DNA from: Atribacterota bacterium
GTDB lineage: Bacteria > Atribacterota > Phoenicimicrobiia > Phoenicimicrobiales > Stramentimicrobiaceae
Assembly: GCA_040767965.1 (NCBI GenBank)
Contig: JAXGNR010000007.1
Coordinates: 1 to 64,000, forward strand
Direction: 5' to 3'
Length of the DNA stretch: 64,000 nt
The translations under genes were made by a program, and so were the position numbers. Shown here piece after piece: positions 20,750 through 29,409 of this stretch. The notes beneath the pieces are model-generated. The model saw only the letters and a list, made by a program, of their open reading frames with translations. It was not told the origin of the DNA and searched no databases. Each line of letters begins with the position of its first letter. The stretch's first letter is position 1.

Positions 20750-21532
20750 TCATACAAAACCATACTCAATATCACCCCAGATACCTATCTTGTCATCTTT
20801 TATAATAACAATACCGAAAACACCGGTTATTGCTCTGGCAAGGTTCAGTCCTTTTTCAATGTCTTCTTTGTTTTGTATAATATTACAGATAGCTGTTGCT
20901 GCTGCATCTGCCAGAGATGCACATGGTGACAAAACAGTAACTGAATCGGCTTTACCCATGCTAAAAGATGGTCCAACAGTTCCGGAAGATGTACAGACAC
21001 CAATTCCTTTTTCCCTGCAGTCGATCTTGAGATAAATTTGATTACTGAGAGGAGATGAACCGGCATAGATGATAACTTTTCTTGGGTAGGAACTTTTAAT
21101 ATAAAGATCTCCACCATTTTCAATTATTAAATCAGTTGCATGTTTTAAAAGGCTTTCTCCTACATGTTGGGCAATACAGCCAGCAACAGCAGCCATTGGT
21201 CCTACCTGACAAATCCGGCTTGTTTCAATCATTTTCTGGATCATACTATGTGCTGAAATATCTTTTGGATAAGGCTTTAAAGTGGTGGCAAAGATAGGAT
21301 TATAAGAAATATATGCCTGAAGAATGCTTCTAAAATAACGGAGATAAAATAAAGCTAATCCCGAAAGATCCTTATCAGATTGAACTAATAAGTCACTTTC
21401 ATTCTCCTTCACCTGAAAAGAAATAAGGTCTGGACATTTTATTTTTTCCCTATATCCACGATCAGAATGATCAGGATCAAAGTAGCTTTTAAAATCAGGA
21501 TTAAAACTGTTCATTGCTTCTTTCAGATACAA
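20750..21532 (-). CDS. UPF0280/ApbE-like protein (MA1715-like, sulfide assimilation)
   Basis: ESDL, VGPMAAVAG, ENGGD, CTSSGTVGPSFSMG.AD, ADAAATA. Confidence 0.85.
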   Translation of the reverse strand: MYLKEAMNSFNPDFKSYFDPDHSDRGYREKIKCPDLISFQVKENESDLLVQSDKDLSGLALFYLRYFRSILQAYISYNPIFATTLKPYPKDISAHSMIQKMIETSRICQVGPMAAVAGCIAQHVGESLLKHATDLIIENGGDLYIKSSYPRKVIIYAGSSPLSNQIYLKIDCREKGIGVCTSSGTVGPSFSMGKADSVTVLSPCASLADAAATAICNIIQNKEDIEKGLNLARAITGVFGIVIIKDDKIGIWGDIEYGFV

Positions 21533-21550
21533 ATATTGTTTTATATATTT

Positions 21551-21958
21551 TTAAAATATTATTTCAATAGCCTGAACGGGGCAGGCATCTACACAATAAC
21601 CACATACTACACATTCTTGATAGTTAAATTCAATTTGAAAATTATCTTTATTCATTTTTATCGCGCCTACCGGGCATATTGACACACAGGCTCCACAATT
21701 GTTACATTTTTTGTGATCCCAGGATACTTCTTTATCCAGGAAATCTACTTTCACATTATGTTTATGCAGGTAGGAAAAAGCTTCATCCAGTTTCTTTTTA
21801 TCTCCACGTAATTCAATGACCAGTTTTCCTCCAATTCCTGGCTCGAATTTTGCCTGCAATATATTAATCCATAAATCATATTTCTTTATTAATTTATAAG
21901 TAATTGGTTCTTCTACTGTAGAAGAATCAAAACGCAATACTGCCTTTTTTTTAATCAT
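21551..21958 (-). CDS. NIL domain + 2x[4Fe-4S] ferredoxin (MA1822-like)
   Basis: INILQA NIL motif; CNNCGACVSICP and CVVCGYCVDACP. Confidence 0.88.
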   Translation of the reverse strand: MIKKKAVLRFDSSTVEEPITYKLIKKYDLWINILQAKFEPGIGGKLVIELRGDKKKLDEAFSYLHKHNVKVDFLDKEVSWDHKKCNNCGACVSICPVGAIKMNKDNFQIEFNYQECVVCGYCVDACPVQAIEIIF

Positions 21959-21997
21959 AGTGCCTCCAAATTATTTACTGCTACGCTGTTTTTATAT

Positions 21998-23167
21998 TTA
22001 TTGTATTCTGGTTGTTTTTAAAGGTTTAAAATCCTGTTTGGCAGGAAAATGCTCTATAGGTTCCTGTAAGAAAAATGAACCTGCCAAAATTGACTCCTTC
22101 AATTTTCCGGCAATTATTCTAGCCTTTGCATAACTGGACATTGAAGATGTTGGTATTTTTTTCCCGTTTAATTCTATTTGGCCAGTTCTCAATTGAGCAT
22201 AATTTATTTTCCCCAAAGATGGCTTATCTCTATGCGGAAAACTATAATCAATAATCTCAGTCCATATCTCTTCATCTTTTATACTGACGGCTCTTAACAT
22301 ATCTTCATCTAAAACAGGGATCGGGATTCCAATACCCATAAACAGGGAAACTCCATAGCCTGCAAAATAAGCGGCTTGAACAAAGTTTGGATCCATTTTT
22401 TTCAAATCTCCAACCAGGGCTAAAGTACATCCTTTTCTTATAATTTCATTTTCTTTATTACCCTGGATGAATTGCGGGCTAAACTGAGTCCCTTCCCACG
22501 CAACATAACCTTCAGTTCCGCCCATAAATATTCTTGTTCCTAGCCCTATAGTTCTTAAATCAGGATCGTTCAATAAAGGACTTAACTGTCCGCTAGTACT
22601 ATAACTTGCATTTCCTAAATCAGGTAACAAAATCCCCATATAGGTATAAATCTTTTTATCAGACTGGTTAACTGCTACATTATAATTTTGGTAAGAATTC
22701 CTCGGATTTAACATAAATGCCTGGTTAACAGTTTCTTTTGATATCCAGGCTTCAACTTGCTGGGCAGGATAACAGTCAGTCCCTGAAGATAAAGCTTTTA
22801 ACTTTATCTTCTTTCCTTTTATAAAAGCCTCAATAACATGGGCACCACCATAGCTTTTTTCTAATTCTGATTCTTGGGTAGCCCCTAAATACATATCCAC
22901 AGCAGCAAGACCCGCATAAGCCATCACTCCATTTAGCCAAACTTTTTGCATTCTGATTGGAGGATCACTATGGCCAACATTTAAAAATGCCCCGGAAGAA
23001 CACATAGGTCCGAAAGTTCCGGTAGTTACCACATCTACAATTTCAGCGGCTTTTTTAACCCCTTGTTCTTCTTTTAAAGCAATAACTTCTTCAGCTGTAA
23101 GAACAACAGCTTCCTTACGAGCAATTTTTTCATTTATTTCTTGAAATGTTTTTTTTATTTTCCCCAT
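21998..23167 (-). CDS. Homocysteine biosynthesis protein / aspartate-semialdehyde sulfurtransferase (DUF39, MA1821-like, no CBS domains)
   Basis: EINEKI, VDVVTTGTFGPMCSSG, YGGAHVIE, NPRNSYQNY, GQLSPLLNDP; start moved to ATG 23167 behind AGGAG. Confidence 0.88.
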   Translation of the reverse strand: MGKIKKTFQEINEKIARKEAVVLTAEEVIALKEEQGVKKAAEIVDVVTTGTFGPMCSSGAFLNVGHSDPPIRMQKVWLNGVMAYAGLAAVDMYLGATQESELEKSYGGAHVIEAFIKGKKIKLKALSSGTDCYPAQQVEAWISKETVNQAFMLNPRNSYQNYNVAVNQSDKKIYTYMGILLPDLGNASYSTSGQLSPLLNDPDLRTIGLGTRIFMGGTEGYVAWEGTQFSPQFIQGNKENEIIRKGCTLALVGDLKKMDPNFVQAAYFAGYGVSLFMGIGIPIPVLDEDMLRAVSIKDEEIWTEIIDYSFPHRDKPSLGKINYAQLRTGQIELNGKKIPTSSMSSYAKARIIAGKLKESILAGSFFLQEPIEHFPAKQDFKPLKTTRIQ

Positions 23168-23247
23168 CCAGAATACTCCTTTTGCTACTACACAAGAATA
23201 TATTGCGTAAATATTTCCATAAATACTAAAACTAATCAAAAAAAAAG

Positions 23248-23946
23248 TCAAATTTTTCTAAACTGACAATTTTCAGCCTGACATATTTTGCAGGAATGAC
23301 CTTCTTCCTGAAAAGGTATAACCAGATTATCTCCCAACCCGATTAACCAGGATAATGATTTTTGCGGAATCATCATAAAAGAATCAGTCAGCCTCACACC
23401 TATTTTTTGAGCGGGAATTAATTGAAAGATAATTTCTTGCTGACTAATATCCCAATCAGGAGAGCCTGGACTGAAAAATTTAGTTGTAGATAGATTTTGT
23501 TTTCTAGCTTCCTGACAGACAGTACTATTGAGATAGTTGCGCAAATATTTTGCTGCTACTGTTCCTGCAGCATCAAGGGCTATTGCCCGCGAATATTCAC
23601 CTTTATTAAACAATTCAGCAACCTTATCTTCCAGGACACCTCCAATAGTTACTATTCCTATGATCAAAAACTTAACTCCTTTTAATAATTCCACTATTGA
23701 ACTGTTAAACTCTAAATGCTGCTTTTTGTTGAGAAAAGATATTCTTCCTTCTGGTGATACTTTTTGAACTTCTAATTTATCATAAATCCCCTGAGTATTA
23801 AAATATAAAAATGCATTTTTGATTTCTTCTCTGGTTATATGTAAAATACTTTGCTTTACTTTCTTTTGTTCGGTAACTGGATAACCTTGATACCTTAAAA
23901 CTTCTTTTTCATCTATTTGTATCTCAATATTTTGAAGTATCTTCAT
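23248..23946 (-). CDS. Stand-alone methionine synthase (MetH) AdoMet-dependent reactivation domain protein
   Basis: EVLRYQGY, VTIG..LE, LDAAG, FSPG..DW..Q, IGVRLTDSFMMIPQKS; C-terminal CKICQAENC. Confidence 0.8.
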   Translation of the reverse strand: MKILQNIEIQIDEKEVLRYQGYPVTEQKKVKQSILHITREEIKNAFLYFNTQGIYDKLEVQKVSPEGRISFLNKKQHLEFNSSIVELLKGVKFLIIGIVTIGGVLEDKVAELFNKGEYSRAIALDAAGTVAAKYLRNYLNSTVCQEARKQNLSTTKFFSPGSPDWDISQQEIIFQLIPAQKIGVRLTDSFMMIPQKSLSWLIGLGDNLVIPFQEEGHSCKICQAENCQFRKI

Positions 23947-23987
23947 AGCAATAGACCTTTTTGCTAAAATATTAGTTTAAATAAGTA

Positions 23988-25061
23988 TTATTTAACATTA
24001 ATCGGGTAAATTCCATATTTCTTAACTGTTTCAATCATGGCAATATAATTTTCAATCTGCGCCCATTCTGGTACAGAATTTCCGCTCCCAATGCAATAAC
24101 CCCCTCCAGGAGCAATTATTTTCAGTCTCTGCTTTGTCAATTTTACTATTTCTTCAGTAGTTCCGTTTTGCAATAACTCATTGGAAATATTCCCAAACAA
24201 AGATATCTTATCTCCTATTTTTCTTTTTACCTCTTCTATATCCATACAAGTTGGGTCAATAGGATGAAGAGCATCAATCTTTAAATCAAGAAGATCATCC
24301 ATCAGGTCCCACAAGTACCCGTCTGAATGAAAAAAGAAGAATTTATTATTATCATGACAGATTTTACTAAATTTTTTATACCAAGGAAATATATAATCCC
24401 TAAAAGCTTGAGGTTGAATCATTGGCCCGGTACCAAAAGCCAGATCATCAACTGCCCATATTGCTGCTATGTCAGGTATTTTTATAATTTCTTTTAAAAT
24501 TCCATACTGTAATTCAGCTACTCTTTCAATTAACTGCTGAATGAATTTTGGTTTTAACATTAGATTAATACAAAAATTCTCATAACCCATCAAAAGCCAA
24601 CTCAAGGTAAATATTTTACCGCTAAGGGCAACTATCTTCATTCCAGAGGGAAGCTGCCTCTGGACTTCATAAAAATCTTTGTTAGTGTCTATTTTCCCTA
24701 TTTCTTCCCAGGGAAATAGCTTAAAATCATCTTCATTTTTAATGAAAATCCGTTCTTCAATATTCCAGTTTTGATCTTTTTCATCTTTTCCGGTAAGGCT
24801 TTTTTTTATTACTTTGGAGATTTCTGAATCTTCAGTAACCTTCCCTGGCTGCAAAACTCCAGCAGTTAAAGCGATGTAATCATAACCTGCTTTAATCCAA
24901 AACTCTATTTGAGATGAAAGATCATCTGCTGTCACTTTTTTACCTAAAAATTTACTCATTGTCTGATAGGCTACAGCTGCTTCAGCCAAAGGAACTCTGT
25001 CTGGTTCTTTATGCTGAAGAGTTATTGCAACTCTCTCGAAATTTGGATTGTTATTTAGCAT
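23988..25061 (-). CDS. Uroporphyrinogen decarboxylase (UroD)/MtaA-CmuA fold protein, putative corrinoid methyltransferase
   Basis: EPDRVP, LMGYENF, DDLAFGTGPMI, HSDG, HPIDP, GNI, PGGGYCIGSGNSV; start at 25061 behind GGAGG. Confidence 0.8.
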   Translation of the reverse strand: MLNNNPNFERVAITLQHKEPDRVPLAEAAVAYQTMSKFLGKKVTADDLSSQIEFWIKAGYDYIALTAGVLQPGKVTEDSEISKVIKKSLTGKDEKDQNWNIEERIFIKNEDDFKLFPWEEIGKIDTNKDFYEVQRQLPSGMKIVALSGKIFTLSWLLMGYENFCINLMLKPKFIQQLIERVAELQYGILKEIIKIPDIAAIWAVDDLAFGTGPMIQPQAFRDYIFPWYKKFSKICHDNNKFFFFHSDGYLWDLMDDLLDLKIDALHPIDPTCMDIEEVKRKIGDKISLFGNISNELLQNGTTEEIVKLTKQRLKIIAPGGGYCIGSGNSVPEWAQIENYIAMIETVKKYGIYPINVK

Positions 25062-25156
25062 TAAAACCTCCAGAAAAGTAAAATATTTGAAAAAGAAAGC
25101 ATAAATCAATATTGACTGGTTATAACTTATGTCAATTTTTACTAGAAATTATAATT

Positions 25157-25963
25157 TTAAAAAGTAAGCTTTCCTTGTCTGAAAGCATTTATATATTCAC
25201 TGCAAAAGTTATCTTTTCCTAAAAGTGTCTCAGTAGCCTTAACCAATGCCATTATTTTTTTATCTGTTGAATCAACTATAGCTGCATTCATTCCATTTCC
25301 CATTGCTAAAACCATAAAAGCCTGGTTCAGCAGTTTTCTCTCTGGAAGGCCATATGAAATGTTGCTTAATCCTGTAACAATACCAATCTCCGGATATGAT
25401 TTTTTAATGTTGCTGATTGTGTTTATAGTTATACATCCATTTTTAATGCTAGTACTGATAGGTACTACCAAGGGATCGATATATATTTCAGATAAAGATA
25501 TTCCGATACCTATTAACTTTGCTATTAATTTTTCAGCAACTTCTACTCTGATCTTAAAAGTATCTGAAATTCCCCTATCATCCATAGCAAGGGCTATTAC
25601 TGAACATTTATATTCTTTTATAACTGGCAATAATTGCTCTATTTTTTCCTTTTCTCCGGTAATAGAGTTGATAATAGGTTTTCCTTTATCCCAATTATAA
25701 ACTGCAAGCCCTTTTTCTATTTCTACAGGGTTAGGACTATCAATGCATAAAGGGACGTTTACTGCCTCCTGCACTGTTCTTATAAGCCATTCCATATTTT
25801 CCAGCTTATCACCATTTGCTGCAGAAGAATTTATATCCAAGACATCAGCCCCTCCTGCTACTTGTTTTTTAGCTAATTCCTGAATGTTTTTCACATCCTT
25901 GTTTTCTATCATCTCTTTGACTTTTTTACGGGTTGAATTTATTTTCTCTCCAATAATTAACAT
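25157..25963 (-). CDS. Methyltetrahydrofolate:corrinoid methyltransferase (pterin-binding; AcsE/MetH folate-domain-like)
   Basis: MLIIGEKINSTR, LDIN, PLCIDS, INS, IDPLV, GLSNISYGLP. Confidence 0.9.
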   Translation of the reverse strand: MLIIGEKINSTRKKVKEMIENKDVKNIQELAKKQVAGGADVLDINSSAANGDKLENMEWLIRTVQEAVNVPLCIDSPNPVEIEKGLAVYNWDKGKPIINSITGEKEKIEQLLPVIKEYKCSVIALAMDDRGISDTFKIRVEVAEKLIAKLIGIGISLSEIYIDPLVVPISTSIKNGCITINTISNIKKSYPEIGIVTGLSNISYGLPERKLLNQAFMVLAMGNGMNAAIVDSTDKKIMALVKATETLLGKDNFCSEYINAFRQGKLTF

Positions 25964-26007
25964 TACAAGATCTCCTTTCTACAGTAATAGTTTTCTTAAT
26001 TCTTAAT

Positions 26008-26640
26008 TCAAGTTAAAAATCCTTTTGCAGTATCTACTGCAGAAGCAGCATCAGGAGCATATCCATCAGCACCAATTTCATCAGCATATTTTTTAGTTAT
26101 AGGTGCACCTCCAATCATGACACGTACCTTCTCCCTTAAACCCGCATTTTCTAGAGATTTTATAACTTCAGCCATATTTATCATGGTAGTAGTTAACAGG
26201 GCAGACATACCGACTATATCGGGCTGATATTTCTCCACAGCGTCGATAAATTTTTCTGAAGAAACATCTACTCCTAAATCAATAACTTCAAACCCTGCTC
26301 CTTCTAACATCATGCTTACTAAATTTTTCCCAATGTCATGCAAGTCGCCTTTTACAGTTCCAATTGTCACTTTACCAACATTTTTTACTCCATCTTCTAT
26401 TAATTTTGGTTTTAATATATCCATTCCTAAATGCATTGCCCGAGCAGCAATTAATACTTCAGGAACATAGATTTCATTTTTTTTAAACTTATCTCCAATT
26501 ACACTCATACCGTCAATCAAACCTTTTTCCAATATTTCTTTTGGAGTGATACTTTCTATTAGGGCTTTTTTTATTAAGTCTTCAACTTTTTCAGCATCCC
26601 CTGTCTGTAAAGCTTCAGAAATTAGCTTTAAATCTATCAT
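26008..26640 (-). CDS. Corrinoid (cobalamin-binding) protein with cap + B12-binding domains
   Basis: YVPEVL, GDLHDIGKNLV (DxHxxG), SALLTTT, GGAP; start at 26640 behind GGAGGG. Confidence 0.93.
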   Translation of the reverse strand: MIDLKLISEALQTGDAEKVEDLIKKALIESITPKEILEKGLIDGMSVIGDKFKKNEIYVPEVLIAARAMHLGMDILKPKLIEDGVKNVGKVTIGTVKGDLHDIGKNLVSMMLEGAGFEVIDLGVDVSSEKFIDAVEKYQPDIVGMSALLTTTMINMAEVIKSLENAGLREKVRVMIGGAPITKKYADEIGADGYAPDAASAVDTAKGFLT

Positions 26641-26795
26641 ACAATTCCCTCCTGGTAACAATGGTCTATTTAATTCTATTATCTGTTATATCCAATTTGT
26701 AAAAAACATGCAAAATTATTAATTATTTTAAAAATACTCTTTATACAAAAAAGAGTGGTATTTATCAATAATAACACTTCAAGAGAAAAAATCAA

Positions 26796-26824
26796 TTGAC
26801 AAAAAATATTACAAATGATAGGAT
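26796..26824 (+). promoter_or_regulatory. Putative sigma70 promoter of metF
   Basis: TTGACA-17 nt-TAGGAT with TG extension. Confidence 0.6.
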
Positions 26825-26884
26825 TTTATAAATTTGCACCTTAAATAAGCATTTTGATTATTTTAATTTAGATTGGTTTAAACA

Positions 26885-27751
26885 ATGAATTTACAGGAAA
26901 AATTAAAAAATGGTAAATTTGTTTATACATTAGAACTTGATCCTCCTTTGAATTTAGATATTGAACATTTGCTAATAAAAATAAAAACTTATTTAAATAA
27001 CGCTGATGCTGTAAATATTACAGACTGCCCTTTGGCTTCATTAAGAATGAGTCCAATTGCCCTTTCTCATATAATTCAGGAGCAACTCAATCTGGAAACC
27101 ATCTTTCATATTACCTGTAGAGATCGTAATCTATTGGCTTTAAAGGCAGAATTGTTAGGAGCTCATGCTTTGGGAGTAAAAAACATCCTTGCCCTTTCTG
27201 GCGATCATCCTAAAATGGGAGACCATCCAGAAGCTACTGCTGTTTTCGATGTTGACTCAACAGGATTAGTAAAATTAATCAGAGATCTCAATATGGGTAT
27301 TTTTTCCAAAGATAAAACTTCTGATTATAAAACAAATTTCTTTATTGGCGTTGCTGGCAATCCTGGCACAAAAAACATAGAGAAAGAAATGTTGCGGTTA
27401 GAAGAAAAGATAGCAGCTGGCGCTAATTTCATTCAAACTCAACCTGTATTTGACATAGATATTCTGCATGAATACTTAAAAGCAACAAAGCATTTAAAAA
27501 TCCCGAAAATAATTGGAATAATGCCCTTAAGAAGTAAGAAAATGGTAGATTATATTGATAATAATTTATCACATATACCTATTCCCAAAAAAATCAGAAT
27601 TAGGATGGAAAATAGCGGAATTGAAGAAGGAATAAAAATTGCTCAGGAATTAACCCGTGAAATTGCCTCCAGCACAGAAGTAGCTGGAATTCATTTATTT
27701 CCTATGAACCAATTGCAAATTATCCCTAAACTAATTACAATTAATGCGTAA
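26885..27751 (+). CDS. metF: Methylenetetrahydrofolate reductase
   Basis: ELDPP, NITD, HITCRDRN, LALSGD, GANFIQTQP, GIHL. Confidence 0.88.
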   Translation: MNLQEKLKNGKFVYTLELDPPLNLDIEHLLIKIKTYLNNADAVNITDCPLASLRMSPIALSHIIQEQLNLETIFHITCRDRNLLALKAELLGAHALGVKNILALSGDHPKMGDHPEATAVFDVDSTGLVKLIRDLNMGIFSKDKTSDYKTNFFIGVAGNPGTKNIEKEMLRLEEKIAAGANFIQTQPVFDIDILHEYLKATKHLKIPKIIGIMPLRSKKMVDYIDNNLSHIPIPKKIRIRMENSGIEEGIKIAQELTREIASSTEVAGIHLFPMNQLQIIPKLITINA

Positions 27752-27770
27752 ATTGACTTCTAAAACTGCA

Positions 27771-27828
27771 AAAAAAATATCAGAATTACCTTTTTTTACT
27801 TAATGGTTAAGATAATTCTGATATTTTT
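27771..27828. terminator. Bidirectional terminator between convergent metF and livF
   Basis: AAAAATATCAGAATTA...TAATTCTGATATTTTT inverted repeat flanked by A/T tracts. Confidence 0.7.
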
Positions 27829-27879
27829 GTAATTAAATTAATAATAACAATTATCTTTACTATACTTCTTTGATTTAAA

Positions 27880-28599
27880 TTATCCACCCAGATAGGCAGA
27901 TTGTACTTTGGGATTTTTCATTAACTCTTTTGCATCTCCTTCAAGTTGAACAATACCTGTTTCAAGAACATATGCCCTGTGAGATATTTCTAAAGCTTTA
28001 CGGGCATTCTGTTCAATCAGTAAAACAGTGGTTCCTTCTTTGTTTATTTTTACTATAGATTCAAATACATCCTGTATAAGTATTGGAGCAAGGCCCAAAG
28101 AAGGTTCATCCAACATCAAGAGCTTTGGATGAGCCATAAGCCCTCTGCCTATGGCTAACATTTGCTGTTCACCACCACTTAAACTCCATCCCTGTTGTTT
28201 TATTCTTTCCTGTAAACGAGGGAATAATTTAAAAATATATTCCATATCCTTTTCCATTCGCTCACGTTCTTCAGCAGTTTTTAAGCTTAAAGAACAGGTG
28301 CCAACTTCTAAGTTTTCCTGTACAGTAAAATAGGGAAATATTCTTCTTCCTTCTGGAACCAATGAAACTCCTGCTTCAACTACTAAGTTAGCATCTATAC
28401 CACTTATTTTTTTACCTAAGAATTCAATTTGTCCATTTCTAGGTGTTAATAAACCAGCAATTGTTTTTAAAGTAGTACTTTTCCCTGCTCCATTAGAACC
28501 AACAATACTGACAATCTCTCCTTCGTTAACATGAAAATTAACACCATGTAAAGCTTGGATTTGACCGTAAAATACATCAATATTTTCTACTTTAAGCAT
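27880..28599 (-). CDS. livF: Branched-chain amino acid-type ABC transporter ATPase (LivF-like)
   Basis: GSNGAGKST, VPEGRRIF, LSGGEQQMLA, DEPSLGLAP. Confidence 0.9.
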   Translation of the reverse strand: MLKVENIDVFYGQIQALHGVNFHVNEGEIVSIVGSNGAGKSTTLKTIAGLLTPRNGQIEFLGKKISGIDANLVVEAGVSLVPEGRRIFPYFTVQENLEVGTCSLSLKTAEERERMEKDMEYIFKLFPRLQERIKQQGWSLSGGEQQMLAIGRGLMAHPKLLMLDEPSLGLAPILIQDVFESIVKINKEGTTVLLIEQNARKALEISHRAYVLETGIVQLEGDAKELMKNPKVQSAYLGG

Positions 28600-29371
28600 T
28601 TATTGTTGCCTCCTCACCCAGGTAGGCTTCTATTACTTTTTTATTGCTTTTTATTTCATCAGGAGTACCTTCTGCTATTTTTTCTCCAAAATTTAAAGCA
28701 CTTATTTTATCACATAAACCCATAACCACTTTCATATCATGCTCTATTATAAACACGGTTATACCTTCTTCCCGTATCTTTCTGGCAACTCCAACCATTC
28801 TTTCCTTTTCAGTAGGATTCATGCCGGCTACCGGTTCGTCCAGCATAATAATTTTTGGTTGAGTGGCAAGTGCCCGTGCTATCTCTATAAGTCTTTGCCC
28901 ACCATGATCAAGTCCACCAGCTAAAATATCTGGCTTCCCTTTGAAACCAACAAAATCTATCCATTTTCTCGCTTCAGACTCCATCCTTTTTTCTTCTTCG
29001 AGTACTGGGGGAACACAGGTAAGAGCACCTAATAAACCTGATTTTGTCCTGCAATGCATTCCCAGCATTACATTTTGCAATATAGACATTTGACCAAAAA
29101 GTCTGGATTTTTGAAAAGTTCTAGCAATTCCTAAATCGGCCAGCACATGAGGCCTTGCATTTTTGTTAATTGGTTTTCCTTCCAAATAGATTTCACCTTC
29201 AGTTGGATAATAAATACCAGTTACAAGATTAACAAATGTAGTCTTACCAGAACCATTTGGCCCTATAAGACCTCTTATTTCACCTTTCTCAATAACCATG
29301 TCAACTTTGTTGACCGCCGTAAGGCCACCAAATTTTTTTGTAAGCTGTTTAGTTTCTAGCAAGGTTGCCAT
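28592..29371 (-). CDS. livG: Branched-chain amino acid-type ABC transporter ATPase (LivG-like)
   Basis: FGGLTAV, GPNGSGKTT, GIARTFQ, EHDM, VIEAYLG. Confidence 0.9.
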   Translation of the reverse strand: MATLLETKQLTKKFGGLTAVNKVDMVIEKGEIRGLIGPNGSGKTTFVNLVTGIYYPTEGEIYLEGKPINKNARPHVLADLGIARTFQKSRLFGQMSILQNVMLGMHCRTKSGLLGALTCVPPVLEEEKRMESEARKWIDFVGFKGKPDILAGGLDHGGQRLIEIARALATQPKIIMLDEPVAGMNPTEKERMVGVARKIREEGITVFIIEHDMKVVMGLCDKISALNFGEKIAEGTPDEIKSNKKVIEAYLGEEATINA

Positions 29372-29409
29372 TTTTTGCCTATACCCTCCTTTAAATTGTT
29401 TTTTAATTA

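Noticed and set aside
23988-25061. Annotation as a true uroporphyrinogen decarboxylase (hemE)
   Set aside because: No heme/tetrapyrrole context, and the HemE N-terminal RQAGR motif is absent
25157-26640. Wood-Ljungdahl acsE/CoFeSP assignment
   Set aside because: No acsA/B/C/D nearby; the corrinoid protein is the DxHxxG MetH/MtaC type, not CoFeSP
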